This document shows positions 38,680 through 64,000 of a stretch of DNA of 64,000 nucleotides, in pieces; position 1 is the first letter of the stretch; each line of letters starts with the position of its first letter. The translations under genes and the position numbers were made by a program. The DNA is from Octopus bimaculoides (taxonomy: Eukaryota): NCBI RefSeq assembly GCF_001194135.2, contig NC_068986.1:31500875-31564874 (forward strand), read 5' to 3'. The notes below the pieces were generated by a model, which made no database searches, was not told the origin of the DNA, and saw only the letters and a list, made by a program, of their open reading frames with translations.

Positions 38680-39879
38680 GTTTGGAAAAACAAGTTAAGC
38701 GGAAAAACGAGGAACAGGGCGAGAAAGGGGTACTTAGTCCTAAAGAAAAGGAAATTCAACTTCAGGTAGAACGGGCCAAGCAACACAAACAAGATGCCAG
38801 TTTGGAATTGGAGAAGTATTTAACAGATATGCAACAGTGCCAGGAGCAGTTGTCAAAGTTGTCTGTTGATAGGGAGAATACCTGTGACAAGAACTCGACT
38901 CAATTGGAGAAGATCAAGTGAGTTTCTTAACTGAATATTCTGAAAGTGACTTATTCATTATATGTCTGCTATACTCTAGTCTGTGGAGGTACAATGGCCC
39001 AGTGGTTAGGGCAGCGGACTCGCGGTTTCGATTCCTAGACCGGGCGTTGTGAGTGTTTATTGAACGAAAACACCTAAAGCTCCACGAGGCTCCGGCAGGG
39101 GATGGTGGTGAACCCTGCTGTACTCTTTCACCACAACTTTCTCTCACTCTTACTTCCTGTTTCTATTGTACCTGTATTTCAAAGGGTCAGCCTTGTCACA
39201 CTGTGTCACGCTGAATATTCCAGAGAACTACGTTAAGGGTACACGTGTCTGTGGAGTGCTCAGCCACTTGCACGTTAATTTCACGAGCAGGCTGTTCTGT
39301 TGATCAGATCAACTGAAACCTTCGACGTCGTAAACGACAGAGTGCCAACAACTCTAGTCTGACCCATGCAAGCATGGAAAAGGTACATGATGATGATGAT
39401 GTGTTTTGAAAATCTGGTTTAATTTCTTTTTTTTTTTTTCTTACAGGTATGATATTGATTTATATACTCACATCACTGGAATTCGTTGGCAATATGATGG
39501 TGAAGCAGATGATATCAAAGGCTGTATCCTTGTGCTGATTGTCATAACTTTTCAAAATTAACTTTGTCAATTTTGTTAATTGCTGTTGTTATTAGAATGC
39601 TGAAAGACGGTGAGCTGGCAGAATTGTTAGCACACCAGGCAAAATACTTAGTGGCATTTCATCCGTCTTTACATTCTGAGTTCAAATTTCGTTGAGGTTG
39701 ACTTTTATCATTTTTCACCATTAAAACTTTGCTATTTGAATGCCAACTTGTATTTAACCTTAACTGATTCCACAGATATTTCTAAACATGGATTTCTCAA
39801 GCCGTTTACTTTGAACAGCAGGAAGAATTCAGGTTTCTTTGTGGCTAATTACTTGTGGGACCTGATGGAAGAGAGCTGA
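38680..39879 (+). CDS. SPC24: Kinetochore protein Spc24 (Ndc80 complex), last three coding exons 38680-38917, 39447-39523, 39776-39879. The N-terminal exon(s) were not located.
   Basis: A coiled-coil exon (LEKQVKRK...ELEKYLTDMQQCQEQLSKL) splices in phase to KYDIDLYTHITGIRWQYDGEADDIKGY and ISKHGFLKPFTLNSRKNSGFFVANYLWDLMEES*. This resembles the Spc24 RWD domain (human LYHQVSKIEWDYECEPGMVKG...FISDYLWSL). Confidence 0.82.
38984..39350 (+). mobile_element. Full-length tRNA-derived SINE with an 11-bp TSD, in an SPC24 intron
   Basis: A-box TGGCCCAGTGG and B-box-like GGTTTCGATTCC. The TSD ACTCTAGTCTG is at 38973-38983 and 39351-39361. Confidence 0.9.
39524..39775 (+). other. U12-type (minor spliceosome) GT-AG intron in SPC24
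   Basis: The 5' site is GTATCCTT. The branch motif CCTTAAC lies at 39758-39764, 11 nt before the intron end, and there is no polypyrimidine tract. The flanking exons join in phase (t|at = Tyr). Confidence 0.88.
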
Positions 39880-41699
39880 AAATTTAATACATTCTGTTTT
39901 TAATTTTTCCTATTTACCTCTAATTAAATTTTGATGTCTTACATGCTGCCATTAAAATTGAGTTAGGGTGTCAAAAGGTTGAGTTTTAGAAATGTGTGTG
40001 AGAGAAATGTTTGGTTAACATGTGAAAATGAGCATAGCTTTTATCAGTTTTTGTGGTGACCAACTTAGATTTAGGTTCTTCTCTTGTGAGAGACATAAGG
40101 CAGTAAGTTTCCACCAGCATGGTTGGATCTGTGGTTGTTCTTTCCTGATCTGTTCAACTGGTCCTTTTAAATTTGAGGTCTTTCAGGAACGTGCACTGCC
40201 AAAGTATTCTTGACTCTGTCCTTTTCCCTCTGTTTTTCTCACTCCAGTGCCAATGTCATATACTGAATGGTTAGCAGGTGCAAAATGACTATTTGACTTC
40301 TGGTAATTCATCTCTTTATTTTTCATCATAATCACCTAAGAAAAATTCTGTCATCACAAAAACAGTTTTAAAGAGTTCAGTGTGTGGAAAGAAGTAAACT
40401 TGTTAAGAAGGTAAAGTAAACATGTGATATGCATATGCTTAGCAAGTGTACAATGTAAGTGATAAGTGAAAGAGCTTTTAGTTCATTTTATTTATTTAAA
40501 AAAAATTCTGTTTTTATATTTTTTATGAGCCTCTTTGTTCTCTTCAAACAAACATTTTGTGATGTGTGTTGAAGCCAATAGGACCAAGTTTAAATTGATA
40601 GCCTGAATAGGTAGAACCAGTGACACATGGCTATGTAGATTTGAAAAAAAAAAAAAAACTTGCCTAGAACCTGATATGTAATGGAATCTGTGAATGAATG
40701 TGGAATGACTGTAAAAAACTGCACCATAAGAAAGTTATGTGAATGTGAAATGCATGACACCCCATTCTCTCTATGTATGTGTACCTGGATGTATTTGCTT
40801 CTCCAAATGTTTTCTTTTTCTATTTTCTTCCAATAAGACAAATTATACTATTCACTCACTCAGTCACGAGAATAAAATTCATTTCACGCTTTCATTCTTA
40901 CGAGTTGTTCTTCAGTTCTTCTTTCAAGTGAATGCCATGGAATGGTGGATGGTAAGCTTTCACGCAAGGCTGAATCTATGAGGTAAGTTTAATACTTTTG
41001 CAAAGCTAAGATAATTTCTGTTGAACTGATTTGTCCACAATGCATTACACCTTAATGAAACCTTTCTGTTTTGTTGTGACCCAACAACTCATAAAATAAA
41101 AGATTAGATGCTCTTTCAGACATGTAGTTTCGCTACTTGGAAAAGACAGTTTCTAACCACATGTTGATTATTCTTTATCATTTTTCATAATTTGGGAAAC
41201 GATAAATCAAACACCAAATACCAGAATTTTTCAAAATGTTTATTCTTTTCCCCCTTTCCCCCCTCATCATTTAATGTCTGTTTTCCATGTTGGCATGGGT
41301 TGGATGATTTGACAGGATCTGGTGAGCCATAACGTCATGTCAAGCTCCAGTATCAGCTTTGGTGTGGTTTCCATGGCTGGATACCTTTCTTATCGCCAAC
41401 CACTTTACAGAGTGTACTGAGTGCCCTTTTTATGCTACTGGCATTAAGCAAGGTTGCCAAGTAACTTGCAAGGCAAAAAAAAAAAAAACAGGAAGAAGGA
41501 AAAAGCCCCTTTGACTATATGGGGGAAGGGGTTAGTATTTGAAAAGAAGACGGGGGCAATGGTTCTATGTCAGGTGTTGAGTGTAATGGAAGAACAAATC
41601 TGTCACCCCAGGTCTTACTGAAAATATGCCCCAGCCACAGATTTAGTCTTGTCACATTCAGTAGGTTGTCCTGTAAGAACCTTCAGTTGTTTCCTGTTA

Positions 41700-42030
41700 T
41701 ATGTCTACAGATTGTTAGGTGATTAGGTGGCTGGTAAGTTTCCTGAAGATAGTGTTGCAGATTAATAAGCCATTTGCATCACAAAACTCCAGCAACATTG
41801 TTCCTTCCTCATTTCTGGAATCAAAGTTATAACCACCATGCATATCATGAAATCTGTTGGAGTGCTGTCCAACATGTCCATCAAAGTCACCAGCCACAAT
41901 AGTAAAGTCGGTGTCATTTGCCATCAAGGTAGTCTGCAGAAGAACCTCATAAAACTGGTCCTTCTGATCCTCTGCCAGCCCAGCATGAGGGGCATATGTA
42001 GAGAAAAATGTCACTGCTACATTATCCTAA
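41700..42030 (-). mobile_element. RTE-clade LINE AP-endonuclease fragment
   Basis: STYAPHAGLAEDQKDQFYEVL...IVAGDFDGHVG...GGYNFDSRNEEGTMLLEFCDANGLLICNTIFRK...HLIT matches the YAP...GDFNxHVG...RNxxG...NTxF...HxxT pattern of RTE endonucleases. Confidence 0.88.
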
Positions 42031-43142
42031 GATGAGTCTTAGTTTAACAATCATAATCAAAAGTCTACACATGTTCACTTTCCCACCTTTCACTTAAGAC
42101 ACACAAAACTATAACTATGTATGCACAACGAAAGTCTATAGCCTGTTAGTAGTCTGGGTCAGTGTTTGAGTGAAGACTTTCTTAATATACTGGAAGCCTG
42201 TGTTTGCAAGCAGTGGACACTCCATTCTGTATGTTTTGGTGTTTCTTAAGAGGAAATACAGCCAATCGTGATACAATATTGATTATGTGATCATCATTAT
42301 AGATGAGAACAAAGTATTGCTGAAACTGAATTAAACATTGGCACTGGAAGTTTTATAAAAAAGGAAAATTAGCATGGAAGTAAATCTAAAGCAAATGAAA
42401 TCAAAGAACACAAACAGTAAGTTGGTCCGTGTATGGATTTTAATAAAAACAGTTATCTTAAAACCCATCAGGTCAAGAAATATTACCTGTTTTTTTCCCC
42501 ATTTTTTTTTTTTTACATGAAACATCTACTGGTAGCTATACATAAAAATAAACATTTTTTTTAATATTCACAAACAACCCTCAGTATATTTTTCTGTTAT
42601 TTACAAGGCAAACTACAATTTAAATTATAAATGTGATAATAGAAAATAATTTAAAGAGTTCATATTGCTATCTAAAAGTGAAATGGGGAATTAACTTTAG
42701 GTTTGAAAAGTAAGTTGTTGCACCAAATTATGTGACAAGAATTAAATAAAAGGTAGACAAAAATTTCGATTAAATGACAGGAAAAATAAAACCTGTCATC
42801 TCAAATGTTTTACTAACTCAACAATTTTAGAAGGGGACAGAATTAAAAGAGGGAAAGGGGGGCAAAAAAAAAAAAGAATTTGACAAATAAACAAGAACTG
42901 GTTGGTTTTATTAAGGCATTGCCTTTAATTTAAAATCTTTTAAATTTTTTCTTCTTTCCTAGTATGAGATTTTATTTCAAGGATGCATGATGTGAAATGA
43001 AGAAAAATGGAAAGGAAAACCGTGGTTATTTATTTCATTTAGGAAGTTGTTTTTCCATTCTTCATAAAGTCTATAGTCTGTTTGCGCTGAAATATTTGTA
43101 CTCATTTTATAAAGGCTTGTTGAACAGTTTGGTTGGAACAAA

Positions 43143-62169
<19,027 letters not shown>

Positions 62170-62461
62170 CTAACAACATAAGAAAATACATATTGTATAT
62201 ATATATAAATATATATAAGAATAATAAGGATGTCTTTTGACAGGATAAATTATTCTTGAAAGAGGGAAAAGATACAATATAATTGACAAGCCATCCCGAT
62301 ATATTACTGCTACCATTTTATGAACACTAATGGTATGATAATCAAAAGTTAGCACTAACAGTATCTGAACTCAGAAATGTGTCCCTCAAAGCACCACTCT
62401 CGATACAGTCGCTGTTTCTTTATCATTTCCTCCATCTTTTCCACCCCAATAATTATTTATA

Positions 62462-62580
62462 CAGTTGAAAATCCTTTATCTAGAATTCCAAAATCTGAAC
62501 ATTTTTTGAATGCTGATATGACACACACCACAATTGGAAAGTTTTACAAAGTGCTGGGAAGGCTCCACCAAGTACAACTG
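62462..62580. mobile_element. Tigger4/Zombi-like MITE remnant
   Basis: ta-cagttgaaaatcc...tccaaaatctgaacattttttgaatgctgatatgac...caactg resembles Tigger-family non-autonomous ends. Confidence 0.45.
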
Positions 62581-63085
62581 TTGTATGCTGTTATGACATA
62601 TAACCTCACCTAGCTGTTTCCCATCCCTTCATATCTTTAATGGCCATTTTGACCATATGGCTGTCAATTTCAAATCTGGTCCACCCACTTCATAAAATAA
62701 GCACAGCATATCTTTGTGTAACATAATTTCTTCACTAATTTTTTAAACAGACTCAAATTAAGTGATTGGCATACAGAAGTTCCCAAAGGAATCTATTGAC
62801 AAAATCCTGTTATAGCCAGAAGAACTATAATAAACAGGCAGGTGAGGGTGGGGCGGTAGGAGAGACTAAGAACTAAACCCTTATGAATTGACTTGTAACT
62901 CTCTCTTTTACTTGTTTCAGTCATTTGACTGCAGCCATGCTGGAGCACCGCCTTTAGTCGAGCAAATCGACCCCAGGACTTATTCTATCGGTCTCTTTTG
63001 CCGAACTGCTAAGTTACGGGGACGTAAACACACCAGCATCGATTGTCAAGCGATGTTGGGAGGACAAACATATACACACATACAT

Positions 63086-63130
<45 letters not shown>

Positions 63131-63579
63131 CATATATACAATAGGCTTCTTTCAGTTTCCGTTTACNNNNNNNNNNNNNNNNNNNNNNNNNNNNNNNNNN
63201 NNNNNNNNNNNNNNNNNNNNNNNNNNNNNNNNNNNNNNNNNNNNNNNNNNNNNNNNNNNNNNNNNNNNNNNNNNNNNNNNNNNNNNNNNNNNNNNNNNNN
63301 NNNNNNNNNNNNNNNNNNNNNNNNNNNNNNNNNNNNNNNNNNNNNNNNNNNNNNNNNNNNNNNNNNNNNNNNNNNNNTGGACAAAAACATTAATGAGATG
63401 AAATGGATGATAAATATGATGGTATAATGAGAGAAGGCAAAAGCCACCCGCCGAACTTTGCTTCTCTATAACACTGTTCTTTATAAAATTAAATTTTCAC
63501 ATTGAGGCTATGAACCTCGTACATAAAAAGTCATAATTTAAGGCATTTGCCTCTTACGATTTTTCATTACACAATATGA

Positions 63580-64000
63580 GGCACTCGTCCTCTTAGGTTT
63601 TTTCGCCCGATATAGCCTTCGCTTCTCTCAAGCAACACGATGGGTCTGGGTCGGGCCACTCTTTAATACTGAATTCGCCGAGGGGGAAGGAATTCACCAA
63701 CGCACTTATGTGCCTACTCGACATGACCTCCGCAGACACTTGCGGAGGCCAGTCCGGATCCTTAGTACAGGTGATGACTCGCTCTCTATGACGCTTCCTT
63801 TTATTCACAAATTTCTGCAGGGCCCCTCCCTTTCAGAATAGGATTAGCCGATCCTTTTCCTCACAGGGTGAGCCCACAGCTTCTACTGTCGGCAGCACAA
63901 TTCCCGCTGACCTGCTTTCCTCCGTTGGTGGCACAATTCCCACCAACGGAGTGTCGGGACACGCCGGCGGTGCACTATCGAGCACCGGCTGTGCCTCGTT
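63580..64000 (-). other. GC-rich unclassified repeat or degenerate ORF (probably transposon-derived), running off the right edge
   Basis: GC content jumps abruptly. Two minus-strand frames join by a frameshift (NEAQPVLDSAPPACPDTPLVG...LILILK / KGGALQKFVNKRKRHRERVITCTKDPDWPPQV...). I recognise no DDX46 similarity. Confidence 0.35.

Overview
AT-rich metazoan genomic DNA. The SINE, MITE and RTE/CR1 repeat content and the (TA)n/(CA)n/(TGA)n tracts point to an octopus (coleoid cephalopod) scaffold, which is an inference. There are five N-gaps. I reconstructed four intron-containing genes by hand from splice sites and reading phase: (1) the first two coding exons of a soluble inorganic pyrophosphatase (PPA, minus strand, 15.5-kb intron 1); (2) a complete 7-exon CCDC137 (minus); (3) the last three coding exons of the kinetochore gene SPC24 (plus), head-to-head with CCDC137; (4) 18 exons of the splicing helicase DDX46/Prp5 (minus; the RS-rich N-terminus is not in the sequenced part of the window). 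The most notable observations are: a U12-type minor intron in SPC24; a 174-codon mitochondrial-presequence-like PPA extension lying inside a putative 530-nt retainable intron; a decayed partial duplicate of the DDX46 Q-motif exon next to a Dong/R4 LINE end; telomere-repeat TIR elements that may exist as flip/flop isomers; Merlin-like MITEs; a perfect 58-bp intronic hairpin; a degenerate minimal hammerhead motif; and inverted SINE pairs bracketing exons. I found no prokaryote-type system (CRISPR, operon) and no fully novel protein-coding system.
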